From: Microcoleus sp.
GTDB lineage: Bacteria > Cyanobacteriota > Cyanobacteriia > Cyanobacteriales > Microcoleaceae
Direction: 5' to 3'
DNA: 64,000 nucleotides
NCBI GenBank assembly: GCA_042408215.1
Contig: JAYFMW010000028.1
Location: forward strand, 192,001 to 256,000
The position numbers were made by a program, and so were the translations under genes. Shown here in pieces: positions 38,090-48,752 of this stretch; the first letter of the stretch is position 1; every line of letters starts with the position of its first letter. Under the pieces are notes generated by a model. That model had not been told where the DNA came from and did not search any database. It saw only the letters and a program-made list of their open reading frames with translations.

Positions 38090-41000
38090 CTAATCACTAA
38101 ATAGTTTTTCGATCTGAGCTGAGTAAGAGCGACTGTCGAGAAATCTGGGGTTGGCCGCCATTTGTTGCTGAATTCGATCGCGATATTTTTGCCGCCATTC
38201 GGGATTGCTTCCCAGTGCTACGCTTAGCTCTACATAAGAATTCTCACTGTTTGCTACCAGTTCAGGAAATTGCAGTTCTCTGAGCAGTGCTGCTGAAACG
38301 CGCTGCTGACTTATTAGCCCAGATCTTACCACCACCGGCAACCCAGCCAGCAACGGTTCTACCAGGGAGGCGACACCGCTGCAAGGATAGGAGTCTAAAT
38401 ATATATCTGCTAATTTCAAACATTCTTGGTAATCTGCACGGGTTGGCAGAGCCTCGATCGCAACTAAGCGCTTTTTGTCAATACCAAATTCGGCAAAGAG
38501 CGATCGCATTTGATGGTAAAAAGGCATCGTCGGATAGTTTTCCGGGCAGGAATGAAAGGGATATAAAACTAAAATCGAATGAGGTACGGCGGCAATAATT
38601 TTTGCCCAAGTTTCTCTCAATTCTGGGATAATTTCAAACGCCCTAGCACCCGACATGAACACTACAGATTTGTCGGTTGCTCCCCAACTCTTGCGAGTCG
38701 GTTGAACTCTGGGATTTTCTGATTCTACAGGATAGCTGAAACAAACTCCAGAGCCTTCTAAAGTAATTAATTTTTCGCGATATTCGGCTGGTGCATCGGC
38801 GGCTAAGGTCAATTTTCCGGCAAGGAAGCGATCGATATTTCGGGTTGTGGTGATGGCTGGGATTGATGCAGCGGCTGCTATTTGTAGCCTTGCTAGTCGG
38901 TGTACTGACAACCATGCGGTGGGTTTGGCAATGTCGGCGATATTCGTGCCAATTAGCAGAATGTCCAAATCGTGCGATCGCATTTTTTGTACTTGATTGT
39001 GCAAGTCTCCTGAAAGTTGCACTAGCTTATCGGCTCGACTTTCACAGTATTTACCCAATTCCTCGGCCTGGATTTGGAAATAATACACGATAATTTCAAA
39101 CTTGTTTCTGTCTAAATATTCAAAGGCAGGAATTGTGGCAAAAGTCTCCGATTCATCACTAATTTTTTCTAGCAAAATTCCCAGCCTGATTTTCTTTTTT
39201 TGTTCGGTAATTTTGTCAAAAGTATAGTTAATTTGACAGCCGATATTTCTCAAATAAAATTCTAGAATATCAGATTGCTGACTCAAAACATTCACAAGAT
39301 TTGCCTCCCTTAGAGCCAAAGCTTCGCAGCTAACATTCTTGACAAAAAATTGCGCCAAATAGCGCCAAACTTCCGACTCAGGAAAACTGGCTATATTAGC
39401 AGCAACATAACTGATTAGCTGCTGCCAATATTCCGAGTATTTTTCTAGTTCCCCGGTTTCTTGAAAATAACTGGGAGTCTGAAATAGGAATTGCAAAAAG
39501 TCCTCAAAAAACCACTGGGGAATCGCTGCATTTCTATACTCCAACGGCAACTGATAAGCCTCGCGGTACAGCATAGCTGCGAGGAAATATGGAAGATTAT
39601 TGGCAATTTTGCCTCGATCAAGTTGGGTGACTAGAGTCTGAAAAAAACTGGTTTCTGCATCAGTAAAGATTTCATTTCTTATCCCACTATCTAGCAGCAA
39701 TTTGTGAGCTTTTCCCGTTTCTCCCAAGTAAGCACTTTCCCATTTTTCAGCGGACAAATTCAGCCAATGTCTAGCTATTGCTTGGCGGTGTTGGCGCATT
39801 TGTGCGAGAATAGACTCCTTAGTTGGTGATTTTTTGTAATCTTCAACCAGCTTGGATAACTCAGATGAATTCCGCTGAGTTCTCAAATCTAATTTCTGTT
39901 GAATTGTCTGTTGAATTTGTGGATTCAGAAAACTGTATTCAGGACTATTTAGTAGTTTCTTGTAAAATCTGACTACATCTTTATGATTTTCGCCGGCAGC
40001 GAAGTTTTTCCAAGTTTGTTGTTCGGGATGAATCCGCAGCGATGAGAGTTTTTCGTCTACAAATCCGATGTGATAATTTCCCATAATTCGCCACCACATA
40101 TCTAAGTCTACATACTGAGATAATCCCGAATCAAATAATCCTATTTCGGCAAAAACGCGGGCGGCAATTAAGACTGTGCTCGGTTCGCCAATTTTGTTAA
40201 TTGGGTTGTTCATGCAGTTAGCATCTGCTAGCAATTCTTGTCCTGGCTGAATTGATTTTAAATTCGACCAACCTTTGTGCAAATCTTTAATTGATTGGGA
40301 AGCTTTTCGCAAAATGGGATTCGATTCTGCTGCGTCTATGGTGATACCACGGGGGGAGAAAACCATCCCAATTTTTGGATGTTGTTCAGCGACGGCGACC
40401 ATTTTAGCAATACATTCTGGTGCGAGTAAGTCGTCTTGAAATATAAATTTAATGTATTTACCTTTGGCTTGGGATATGCAGAAGTTCCAGTTTTGCGATA
40501 AGCCGTAGTTGCGGTGGAGGATGATGCGGAAATCGGTGGATGTTTGTGATGTGAATGATTGGGCGATCGCAATTGTTTCGTCTGTGGAACCGTCGTCGGA
40601 TATAATCACTTCTATGTTAGGGTAAGTCTGAGCCAAAGCGCTCTGAATTGCTTCCCCAATAAATGCTGCTCCGTTGTATGTGGGAATACAAATACTAACT
40701 AAAGGTTGTGCATTTTGTATTGTCGTAGCCTTAACCGCCGAGGACTTTTCAAACATTCCGCGAGACAAACTTTGAAAATTATCTGTAATTTCAGCAATAT
40801 ATTCCAAACGTTTTTTAATTTTACTCCCGGCTACTTGCGGATTGAGTAAAGTCTTAATTTCCTCAGCCCCTATTTGACCAATTTCCTGAGCTTCCTGGTA
40901 ATTTTTGAAGACATGACGCATTAAATAAGCAGCGTGTTCTGTATCCGGTTGAGCCCACATATTGCCTTTTTTGTAAGGCCCGCAATCTGCTTCAATTGGT

Positions 41001-41884
41001 ACTAACTTATATTTTACCAAAAAGCTATTGCCGACATTCATGAATTCTGTATTGGATGAATAACCTGTCGCAATTACAGGTTTGCCATAAAACATGGCTT
41101 CAGCCATTGTTAAGCCGAATCCTTCGCAGCGGTGCAGGGATAAGTAACAGTCGCAATTGTAGAGTAAACCGTTGATTTCATCTTTGGATAAATATCCGTC
41201 TAGATGTTTGATGTTTGTCGAATTTCCTAGGGCTGATTTTAACCATGCTAAATCTTTGACATTTTTTTCTGAGTTGGCAGATTTGAGGATCAATAATACG
41301 CTGTCATCTTCGCCAAAAGCTTGTTTAAATGCTTGAATTGCCGCTAAAGGATTTTTGCGTTCGATGCGGCTGGAAAAGTCGAATACAAACAGGAAAATAA
41401 ATTTATTTTCTGGCAAACCCAAGGATTTTCTGTTAAGATAAGATTGGGGTAAATCAATACTGGGCATGATTTTGATGACGGGAATTGGCGAGACTATGGA
41501 AATTGCTTCCGCGCAATAGTTGCTGTAAGTCCATATTTCGTGAAAGTTGTCAAATACAGGTTGCCATTTTTGGGGAAATTCGGGAATCTCCCATGCCCAA
41601 AATCCAATATTGTAGCGATTTGCTAAATAGCTGGAACCTGAATGTTTTAAGAAAGTGTTGACTTCATCGGCGTTGACTTGAATTAAGTTGACGGGATAAG
41701 GATTGTCTTGGCTAAAGTTTTGATAGGTGGTGTCTTGCTTGCGGTGCGGGCTGCGGGTAAAATTGTTGATTGCAAAGGGAATGCCGGCCGCTTCTATGGC
41801 TCTGATATTTGCTCGGACTCCTTCTCCAACTCCAAATTCGCCGTTGATGTAGCCGGCGATGTTAATTCCTAATTTATGGTTCAT
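38090..41884 (-). CDS. Multidomain glycosyltransferase (GT4 + GT2 + SPINDLY/HMW1C-like GT41 region)
   Basis: HRCEGFGLTMAEAM (GT4), SICIPTYNG..DDGSTD (GT2), ADIYLDSYP..EPLLAGLPVV (GT41-like). Confidence 0.8.
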   Translation of the reverse strand: MNHKLGINIAGYINGEFGVGEGVRANIRAIEAAGIPFAINNFTRSPHRKQDTTYQNFSQDNPYPVNLIQVNADEVNTFLKHSGSSYLANRYNIGFWAWEIPEFPQKWQPVFDNFHEIWTYSNYCAEAISIVSPIPVIKIMPSIDLPQSYLNRKSLGLPENKFIFLFVFDFSSRIERKNPLAAIQAFKQAFGEDDSVLLILKSANSEKNVKDLAWLKSALGNSTNIKHLDGYLSKDEINGLLYNCDCYLSLHRCEGFGLTMAEAMFYGKPVIATGYSSNTEFMNVGNSFLVKYKLVPIEADCGPYKKGNMWAQPDTEHAAYLMRHVFKNYQEAQEIGQIGAEEIKTLLNPQVAGSKIKKRLEYIAEITDNFQSLSRGMFEKSSAVKATTIQNAQPLVSICIPTYNGAAFIGEAIQSALAQTYPNIEVIISDDGSTDETIAIAQSFTSQTSTDFRIILHRNYGLSQNWNFCISQAKGKYIKFIFQDDLLAPECIAKMVAVAEQHPKIGMVFSPRGITIDAAESNPILRKASQSIKDLHKGWSNLKSIQPGQELLADANCMNNPINKIGEPSTVLIAARVFAEIGLFDSGLSQYVDLDMWWRIMGNYHIGFVDEKLSSLRIHPEQQTWKNFAAGENHKDVVRFYKKLLNSPEYSFLNPQIQQTIQQKLDLRTQRNSSELSKLVEDYKKSPTKESILAQMRQHRQAIARHWLNLSAEKWESAYLGETGKAHKLLLDSGIRNEIFTDAETSFFQTLVTQLDRGKIANNLPYFLAAMLYREAYQLPLEYRNAAIPQWFFEDFLQFLFQTPSYFQETGELEKYSEYWQQLISYVAANIASFPESEVWRYLAQFFVKNVSCEALALREANLVNVLSQQSDILEFYLRNIGCQINYTFDKITEQKKKIRLGILLEKISDESETFATIPAFEYLDRNKFEIIVYYFQIQAEELGKYCESRADKLVQLSGDLHNQVQKMRSHDLDILLIGTNIADIAKPTAWLSVHRLARLQIAAAASIPAITTTRNIDRFLAGKLTLAADAPAEYREKLITLEGSGVCFSYPVESENPRVQPTRKSWGATDKSVVFMSGARAFEIIPELRETWAKIIAAVPHSILVLYPFHSCPENYPTMPFYHQMRSLFAEFGIDKKRLVAIEALPTRADYQECLKLADIYLDSYPCSGVASLVEPLLAGLPVVVRSGLISQQRVSAALLRELQFPELVANSENSYVELSVALGSNPEWRQKYRDRIQQQMAANPRFLDSRSYSAQIEKLFSD

Positions 41885-42021
41885 AGTTTTTTCTTGCTAT
41901 AATAGCGAAGTGGTTCCTGAGCGAAGTCGAAGGCTCTTCTTCTTTTTCCTATATTTTTGCAGCTTTGGTGCTTGACAAATGTGCCGATCGCCATTGTATA
42001 CTGACATCGCCACGCTAATTA

Positions 42022-42126
42022 CTCCGTTCCGACTGGAATAATATCGAATTGTTGAACCGCGAAGACGCTTATGACACGAAGGAAGAGGAAAGAAGCAGTA
42101 GATTATCTTCTGCCGGGAAGGGAGTA
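42022..42126. mobile_element. Short TA-bounded MITE-like element
   Basis: TACTCCGTTCC..GGGAAGGGAGTA imperfect TIRs around an AACCGCGAAGAC..GAAGGAAGAG core also seen at 57138 and, reversed, at 62020. Confidence 0.5.
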
Positions 42127-42198
42127 AAGGATGACGGTCTGTGGTAATCTGTTATTCGGTTTCATTTTATTCAAAATTAATCAGGGAATTTGTAGAAA

Positions 42199-43869
42199 GT
42201 GATCGATCGCGTTAACCACGACTTCTTGAAGCTGCTACCCCCGGATGCCAAAGTCATTGTCGAAATTGGCTGCGGTACGGGCTCTACAGGGGCGCAGTAC
42301 AAGCCGATCAATCCCCACTGTCAATATATTGGCATTGAATGCGATCGAGAAAAAGCCAAAATTGCAGCCGATCGGCTAAACTGGGTGGCGATCGCCAATA
42401 TTGAAGAAACAGACATCGCAAGTCTCGACATCGCCCCAGAAACAGTCGATTGTTTGGTTTTTGGCGATTTGTTACCTTACCTCAAAAATCCTTGGGATAT
42501 CCTCAAACAGTATAGTGCTTTGCTGCATCCAGAAGGGCAAATTTTCGCCAGAATTCCCAATGTTCAATACTGGCGGCTCATTGTCAATCTGCTGCGGGGG
42601 CACTGGGAAAATCCCGACAACAAAATGCAGCACTGGTTTACCCTAGAAAGTATTAAATCACTGTTTGCTCAAGCCGGATTGCAGGTTTACGAATTGCAAG
42701 GGAAGGGACAGAAAACCGAAAATTTTGCCCACTTCCAGCAATTGCTGCATCCAATGGTAAAAGCCTTAGAGCTAGAATCGAGTAGTTTTGCTACGGAAAC
42801 TGGTGCTGAATATTATATTGTGCGATCGACCAAAACGCCCGTACAACCCCGCAGATTGCTGATTCAAACTATGATTATGGCTCCTACAGGGTGCGATCGC
42901 CTGCGAGTTTTGGAACCGGACAAATTTAGCGCCACAATTCCCGGTGTCCGCACCGTATCTGCGGTAAAAACAACAGAATTAATTCCCCCACTTCCCGCCG
43001 AAGAAAAGGTCTTCATTTGGCAGCGGACAATTATGCAGTATCCTGCCTATATTCCCAGACTTAAACAACTTTTACAACAAGGCTATTTAATAGTAGCTGA
43101 AATTGACGACAATCCCATCCGTCGCCGGGAATACGCAGACAACAATTACCTCAGTTATCGTGGCTGTCACTGCGTTCAAACTTCTACAGAACCCCTCGCC
43201 AAAATTTTGCGGCAGTACAATCCCAATGTTGCCGTATTTCCTAATCAATTAGCTTATTTGCCTCCACCACGAACTTATTCAGAAGATACAGTCACGATCT
43301 TTTTTGGGGCCCTCAATCGCGAAAAAGATTGGCAGCCAATTATGGCGGCGCTCAATCGAGTTTTAGTCGCTCACAAACACCGCATTAGAGTTAAAGTGAT
43401 TCACGATCGGCGATTCTTTGAATCCTTGAAAATAGAGCAAAAAGAATTTGAACCATTCTGCTCTTACGAAGGGTATCAAGAAATTATGTACAGTTGCGAT
43501 ATCGCTCTCTTACCGCTTGTTTCTAACCCGATTAATGAAATGAAATCTGACTTAAAATTTATTGAATGTGCGGCGCGGGGAGTAGCGGTTTTGGCAAGTC
43601 CCACGGTGTACGAAAACTCGATTGTTGAAGGTGAAACCGGGTTGATTTATCGCTCTGAAAAAGAGTTTGAAATTAAGCTGAATTTGCTGATTTCTGATGC
43701 TCAAACGCGCCGGATAATAGCTGGGAATGCTTACGAATGGGTACGCGACAACCGCTTGCTGTGCGCGCATTACCGACAGCGCCGAGACTGGTATCTACAA
43801 ATGCGCGACGAGTTGCCGCGTCTAAATGCTGAGTTGCGCGATCGGCTACCAGAGTTATTTAGTGACTAA
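42199..43869 (+). CDS. Methyltransferase-glycosyltransferase fusion
   Basis: IVEIGCGTG N-domain; EIDD and DIALLPL..NEMKSDLKFIECAA GT-B C-domain. Confidence 0.8.
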   Translation: MIDRVNHDFLKLLPPDAKVIVEIGCGTGSTGAQYKPINPHCQYIGIECDREKAKIAADRLNWVAIANIEETDIASLDIAPETVDCLVFGDLLPYLKNPWDILKQYSALLHPEGQIFARIPNVQYWRLIVNLLRGHWENPDNKMQHWFTLESIKSLFAQAGLQVYELQGKGQKTENFAHFQQLLHPMVKALELESSSFATETGAEYYIVRSTKTPVQPRRLLIQTMIMAPTGCDRLRVLEPDKFSATIPGVRTVSAVKTTELIPPLPAEEKVFIWQRTIMQYPAYIPRLKQLLQQGYLIVAEIDDNPIRRREYADNNYLSYRGCHCVQTSTEPLAKILRQYNPNVAVFPNQLAYLPPPRTYSEDTVTIFFGALNREKDWQPIMAALNRVLVAHKHRIRVKVIHDRRFFESLKIEQKEFEPFCSYEGYQEIMYSCDIALLPLVSNPINEMKSDLKFIECAARGVAVLASPTVYENSIVEGETGLIYRSEKEFEIKLNLLISDAQTRRIIAGNAYEWVRDNRLLCAHYRQRRDWYLQMRDELPRLNAELRDRLPELFSD

Positions 43870-43944
43870 ATGCGGTAAGATTTATAGGGGTTATTGTGCG
43901 ATCGTTCTGTTTTATTGTTTAATTTTTAATTGTTAATCCACACA

Positions 43945-44814
43945 ATGCGAATTCTATTCACTATTGCCCACTTTTACAATGCCAGCGGCGACGGAAAACA
44001 CGCTTCCCAGCGAAATGATCCGCAACCGCGACTCAATGCTTTAACCGCTTGCGTGACATCGCTGCAAGCTTTGTACGGCAAGTCTCAGTGCATGATTGAC
44101 ATTAGCGAATGTGCAACTATCCCCGCAAATCAAGCTCAAAGTCACGAAATTGATATTGTTATTTGCACTACTCAAGGCTATCATCTGTTGCCTCAACTGC
44201 CACTACAGCCGAAATCTTTTATGCACCATGCTACGAAATGCGAACCGCTGCTGTTGGGGTTTGAGTGTCAGGCAGTTTTACGAGCTTGCCTTGACAAATA
44301 TGATTATTTCTGTTACTTGGAAGATGATTTGATTTTGCATGATTCGTGGTTTTTTAATAAGTTAAACTGGTTTAACCATCACGGGGGAAATGGCAATTTG
44401 TTGCAACCAAACCGTTATGAAGTATCGCCTCAAGGGCCTGTTTTTAAAGCATATATCGATGGCGATTTAGCACCGTATGCGACTGCAAAATTTCAAAATG
44501 TGGAGGAACAGCGGCAGTTATTGGGCAAAATCATGGAACAAAAAATCGCATTTGAGCGGACTTTAAATCCTCATTCTGGCTGCTATTTTTTGAATGCGGA
44601 ACAGATGAAACACTGGGCTAAGCAGTCTCATTTTTTGGATAGGGATACTAGCTTTATTGGCCCGCTGGAAAGTGCGGCCACTTTAGGAATTATGCGGACT
44701 TTTAGAGTTTACAAGCCAGTTTCTGCTTATGCTAATTTTTTGGATATTCAACACTTTGGAGCGAGTTTTCTCAAGTTGATTGGTAATAAGGTGAGGCTGT
44801 CGGAAGCAGGATGA
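43945..44814 (+). CDS. Conserved hypothetical protein with a DxD-like YLEDDL motif, possible GT-A fold
   Basis: YDYFCYLEDDL, PNRYE, NPHSGC, GPLESAAT; follows the MT-GT fusion. Confidence 0.6.
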   Translation: MRILFTIAHFYNASGDGKHASQRNDPQPRLNALTACVTSLQALYGKSQCMIDISECATIPANQAQSHEIDIVICTTQGYHLLPQLPLQPKSFMHHATKCEPLLLGFECQAVLRACLDKYDYFCYLEDDLILHDSWFFNKLNWFNHHGGNGNLLQPNRYEVSPQGPVFKAYIDGDLAPYATAKFQNVEEQRQLLGKIMEQKIAFERTLNPHSGCYFLNAEQMKHWAKQSHFLDRDTSFIGPLESAATLGIMRTFRVYKPVSAYANFLDIQHFGASFLKLIGNKVRLSEAG

Positions 44815-44964
44815 GTTGCATTATCGGTAAGCCAAGTTAAAAAACAGAGTGATTTAACCGCAGAGGGCGCAGAGGGCGCAGAGTTAGAGTAGAGAGAGAT
44901 GAATAATTCGGATACCAAGGGATTTGATATTACGCAGGATTCACCGTCTTGATGTTGTTTTTGA

Positions 44965-45768
44965 TTAAGCTGTCAAAATATCGCCGATTCTCACATTGCC
45001 GCTGTTGATAATTTTGGCTAAAATTCCGGTTTGTGCGTGACCGAATTCTTGTTGCAGTAAACTGAGTAGGGCAATATCCCGATCGCCCGTTTCTGGATTC
45101 ACTTCTATATTGACACAGCGACCAATTCGTGCTGCAACTTCGATTCGGGCCGTACCTAATTGAAACTGTTTACCGATTAACTCAAATTCTGACCAAGCTT
45201 CCATACCTTCGAGCACAATATTCGGCCGAAATCGCCGCACATCAATGTTTTCGCCCGCCCTTTCTGTTAATTGGTCTAATGTTGCTTGACTGAGTAAAGA
45301 AATGTGTACGGGTTCTCTGTCGGGATAGCGAGTTTCGCCGCTGCTATTTCCTGCTAAATGCAAAGCTACTCGCTGCGGGTGTCTGGCTTCTTTTGTGGGT
45401 TCAATTGTCGCTAGATATTCGGTGAAAAAGCTGCTGATGCGATCGCGCCCCGCTGCTGTATTCGTTTCTGCTGTTAATGCTGCAACTCCTTGACGCTTAA
45501 CTGTTAAAAGGGCTGTTTCCGCTTCGTAATGGCACTCTAGGGCTGCTAACAGAGGCCAATCGTTTTGAACGGCAAAATGTTTTTTGCTCATCCAAGGCGC
45601 GTTTTCTGCGGGGTTTTTTGCTGCTTCAATACGATCGGCAAACATTAAGGCAAAAGCGCGATCGCCCTTAATTCCGTGTCCCATTGTTAAGGTAAACTCT
45701 GACATTTCTTGCGGTGTCAGCCCTTTAAATGGGTAAGTAAATAACTGTTTTACTGTTGCCGTTGTCAT
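44965..45768 (-). CDS. MOSC domain protein
   Basis: LFTYPFKG, GDRAFAL, RRFRPNIV, RCVN, G-V-IGD C-terminus. Confidence 0.9.
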   Translation of the reverse strand: MTTATVKQLFTYPFKGLTPQEMSEFTLTMGHGIKGDRAFALMFADRIEAAKNPAENAPWMSKKHFAVQNDWPLLAALECHYEAETALLTVKRQGVAALTAETNTAAGRDRISSFFTEYLATIEPTKEARHPQRVALHLAGNSSGETRYPDREPVHISLLSQATLDQLTERAGENIDVRRFRPNIVLEGMEAWSEFELIGKQFQLGTARIEVAARIGRCVNIEVNPETGDRDIALLSLLQQEFGHAQTGILAKIINSGNVRIGDILTA

Positions 45769-45785
45769 CTTTTTTTTAGCTGTTT

Positions 45786-46825
45786 CAATTTGAACTCAAC
45801 TCTTGTCCCCCCCCTTATTAAGGGGGGCTAGGGGGGATCTCCGGGTTGAAAAACACGCCCTGGGGATTCTGTTTTTTGAGGTGGACTTACTTAATCCAAT
45901 TTGAACTCAACTCTTGTCCCCCCCTTATTAAGGGGGGCTAGGGGGGATCTCCGGGTTGAAAAACACGCCCTGGGGATTCTGTTTTTTGAGGTGGACTTAC
46001 TTAATCCAATTTGAACTCAACTCTTGTCCCCCCCTTATTAAGGGGGGCTAGGGGGGATCTCCGGGTTGAAAAACACGCCCTGGGGATTCTGTTTTTTGAG
46101 GTGGACTTACTTAATCCAATTTGAACTCAACTCTTGTCCCCCCCTTATTAAGGGGGGCTAGGGGGGATCTCCGGGTTGAAAAACACGCCCTGGGTATTCT
46201 GTTTTTTGAGGTGGACTTACTTAATCCAATTTGAACTCAACTCTTGTCCCCCCCTTATTAAGGGGGGCTAGGGGGGATCTCCGGGTTGAAAAACACGCCC
46301 TGGGTATTCTGTTTTTTGAGGTGGACTTACTTAATCCAATTTGAACTCAACTCTTGTCCCCCCCTTATTAAGGGGGGCTAGGGGGGATCTCCGGGTTGAA
46401 AAACACGCCCTGGGTATTCTGTTTTTTGAGGTGGACTTACTTAATCCAATTTGAACTCAACTCTTGTCCCCCCCTTATTAAGGGGGGCTAGGGGGGATCT
46501 CCGGGTTGAAAAACACGCCCTGGGGATTCTGTTTTTTGAGGTGGACTTACTTAATCCAATTTGAACTCAACTCTTGTCCCCCCCTTATTAAGGGGGGCTA
46601 GGGGGGATCTCCGGGTTGAAAAACACGCCCTGGGTATTCTGTTTTTTGAGGTGGACTTACTTAATCCAATTTGAACTCAACTCTTGTCCCCCCCTTATTA
46701 AGGGGGGCTAGGGGGGATCTCCGGGTTGAAAAACACGCCCTGGGGATTCTGTTTTTTGAGGTGGACTTACTTAATCCAATTTGAACTCAACTCTTGTCCC
46801 ACCCTTATTAAGGGGGGCTAGGGGG
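45786..46825. repeat. 110-bp tandem repeat, 9 full copies plus a partial copy
   Basis: Units start at 45790, 45901, 46011 ... 46781; each has a CCCCCCTTA-T-TAAGGGGGG hairpin; one G/T polymorphic site. Confidence 0.98.
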
Positions 46826-46873
46826 TATCGAATATCTGTCACAAACATTAATATAATTGCTATAAAAAGCGGA

Positions 46874-47173
46874 TTACGCCAGCAATTGATAGCGACGAAT
46901 ATCTGGCGGTGCAACCGCTAAACCTTCTAATTTTAGCACGGCGGCTTGAATGTGATTTGAAGCTAGATGTAGTTCCAGCAAAGCGGCACTTTCCCACTCT
47001 TCAACAAAGGTAAAATCGGTGGGATCGGCTTGATTTTGCAGGAGTTCGTATTTGATACAGCCTGCTTCTCGGCGAGTTGGCTCGATAATGCTCAGCAGAA
47101 GAGATTTAAGTTCTTCTACTTTGTCGGGAAAGGCGACGAGGCGTGCGACTACTCGCAAGGTTGCTTGGGACAT
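46874..47173 (-). CDS. ABM family (putative quinol monooxygenase)
   Basis: TRREAGCIKYEL..FTFVEEWES..LELHLAS-H. Confidence 0.88.
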   Translation of the reverse strand: MSQATLRVVARLVAFPDKVEELKSLLLSIIEPTRREAGCIKYELLQNQADPTDFTFVEEWESAALLELHLASNHIQAAVLKLEGLAVAPPDIRRYQLLA

Positions 47174-47293
47174 AGGAGAAATGCCACTCACTCAAAAAAT
47201 TACGATTTTACTCACAATAACCCAAAAATGTCGATCGGTCAATCGATTTGAGATTTGAGATTTGAGATTTGAGATTTAGGCGCTTTGGCCTCA

Positions 47294-47411
47294 GAAACCG
47301 GGTTTCTTGCTAGATTTTTCGTTGCAAACGCTAGATGCTCGTAGAAACCCGGTTTCTTGCTAGATTTTTAGTGGCCCAACCCTAGATGCTCGTAGAAACC
47401 CGGTTTCTTGC
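47294..47411. repeat. AGAAACCCGGTTTCT palindromic repeat cluster with a 50-bp duplication
   Basis: CTAGATGCTCGTAGAAACCCGGTTTCTTGCTA x2. Confidence 0.8.
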
Positions 47412-47430
47412 TATATGATACCTTCGGCTC

Positions 47431-48108
47431 TCAATCTTTGGGATAAAATCGCTTGTTTTCTGTAGCATATTCCCAGGCGATCGCCTCCGGGTCTTTTTCG
47501 CGACTCCACTCGGCAAACTCCGGCTTAACTTTCCACTTACCAATAGTGCTAGCGTGAACCTTGAATCTACGAGATAGTTCCGTCTGCGTAAAAGAAATTT
47601 TCGGATTTTCAGCGACTTTTTTTGGGGCTATAGGAAATAATTCTGGACTTTTATCTGGTGTTTTTTCCCTGGTTATTTCTGGCTCTTTAACAGCTATTTT
47701 CTCCGCAGGTGTTTCGTTTTGGTTGACAGTTGGAGTCACTTGAAAATAATACAAGATTCCGCCTTGCTCAGTCACTTCAAAATCCGCTGCAAACTCAGAG
47801 GCTCGTTTGTCCAGATACTCTTGAACTTTTGAACCGGGGAGTTTCGCATTCATGGCTAAATCCAAAGCCGTCACTCGTCCTTTATTTTCCTTAATTAATC
47901 GGTAGAAAACCGAGTCTAAATGAGCGAGTTGATTTTTTTGCTGCTGCTGGTAGAGTTTGTAAACCCAGCCCAGGCCCGCCGCTGCTGCGATCGCCCAAAA
48001 CATCCTTCCCGACTCAAAACTGGCAACCGCCGTCAAGGAAATAGGCAAAAGTAGGGTAAGATATCCCCAAATGCTGCCTTTCTGTAGGTTATTGCTATTT
48101 TTGACCAT
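47431..48108 (-). CDS. Hypothetical membrane-anchored protein with a C-terminal HTH-like domain
   Basis: 2 TM, then GRVTALDLAM..FEVTEQGGILY; TQTELSRRFKVHASTI..WSREKDP. Confidence 0.7.
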   Translation of the reverse strand: MVKNSNNLQKGSIWGYLTLLLPISLTAVASFESGRMFWAIAAAAGLGWVYKLYQQQQKNQLAHLDSVFYRLIKENKGRVTALDLAMNAKLPGSKVQEYLDKRASEFAADFEVTEQGGILYYFQVTPTVNQNETPAEKIAVKEPEITREKTPDKSPELFPIAPKKVAENPKISFTQTELSRRFKVHASTIGKWKVKPEFAEWSREKDPEAIAWEYATENKRFYPKD

Positions 48109-48138
48109 AGTTCCTAAATAGGGACGTAGTGAGGATTC

Positions 48139-48621
48139 ATGTACTTTTTTCGCAAACAAATTGCTATCGTTATCATATTTTTTGCTGGTTGTCTGCTGAC
48201 AGTAAGTTGCGCCGATAGCCCAGTTGTCCAGTGTACTAAATTTACTGAAATTGTTACCAGAGGGAATGCTCTCATTGATACTCAGAAAAATAACAATGAT
48301 GTTGGAACTACAAAAAACTTAGCTAAAAACTTAAACCAGACAGCGCAACAATTGGAGTCTCTGCGACTCACAGATACAAACCTCAAACAAATTCAGATTC
48401 AGTCGGTTAAATCATTCCGGGAGATTGGTCAAGCATTGGGCGATATAGGCAAAGCTCTTGAAGCTGGAAATCTGGCTTCTACAAGTATAGAAGGTCGAGA
48501 GCAAATCCAAAAAGCTCAGACTGATATTGTCAAAGCTGGACAGCAGGCTAATCAAGCCGCTGAAAATCAAGATGCTTTGACTGACAAGCTGATTAATTAC
48601 TGCAAGAGCGATCGATCTTAG
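48139..48621 (+). CDS. Hypothetical lipoprotein
   Basis: Signal peptide with LTVSC lipobox; helical body. Confidence 0.7.
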   Translation: MYFFRKQIAIVIIFFAGCLLTVSCADSPVVQCTKFTEIVTRGNALIDTQKNNNDVGTTKNLAKNLNQTAQQLESLRLTDTNLKQIQIQSVKSFREIGQALGDIGKALEAGNLASTSIEGREQIQKAQTDIVKAGQQANQAAENQDALTDKLINYCKSDRS

Positions 48622-48636
48622 GAAAACCAGAGTATT

Positions 48637-48667
48637 CGCTCATCCCCCTTTTTAATGGGGATGAGCG
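48637..48667. terminator. 11-bp stem hairpin between convergent genes
   Basis: CGCTCATCCCC-N9-GGGGATGAGCG. Confidence 0.5.
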
Positions 48668-48752
48668 GGGGATTGAGACTCAACTGCAAGCTAGATTTAT
48701 CTGGAAATCAACGCGATTTTTGATACCAATGCTCAATGCCCAATGCCCAAAT

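Noticed and set aside
45786..46825. CRISPR array (palindromic repeated unit)
   Set aside because: Whole 110-bp units are identical, there are no unique spacers, and no cas genes are in the window
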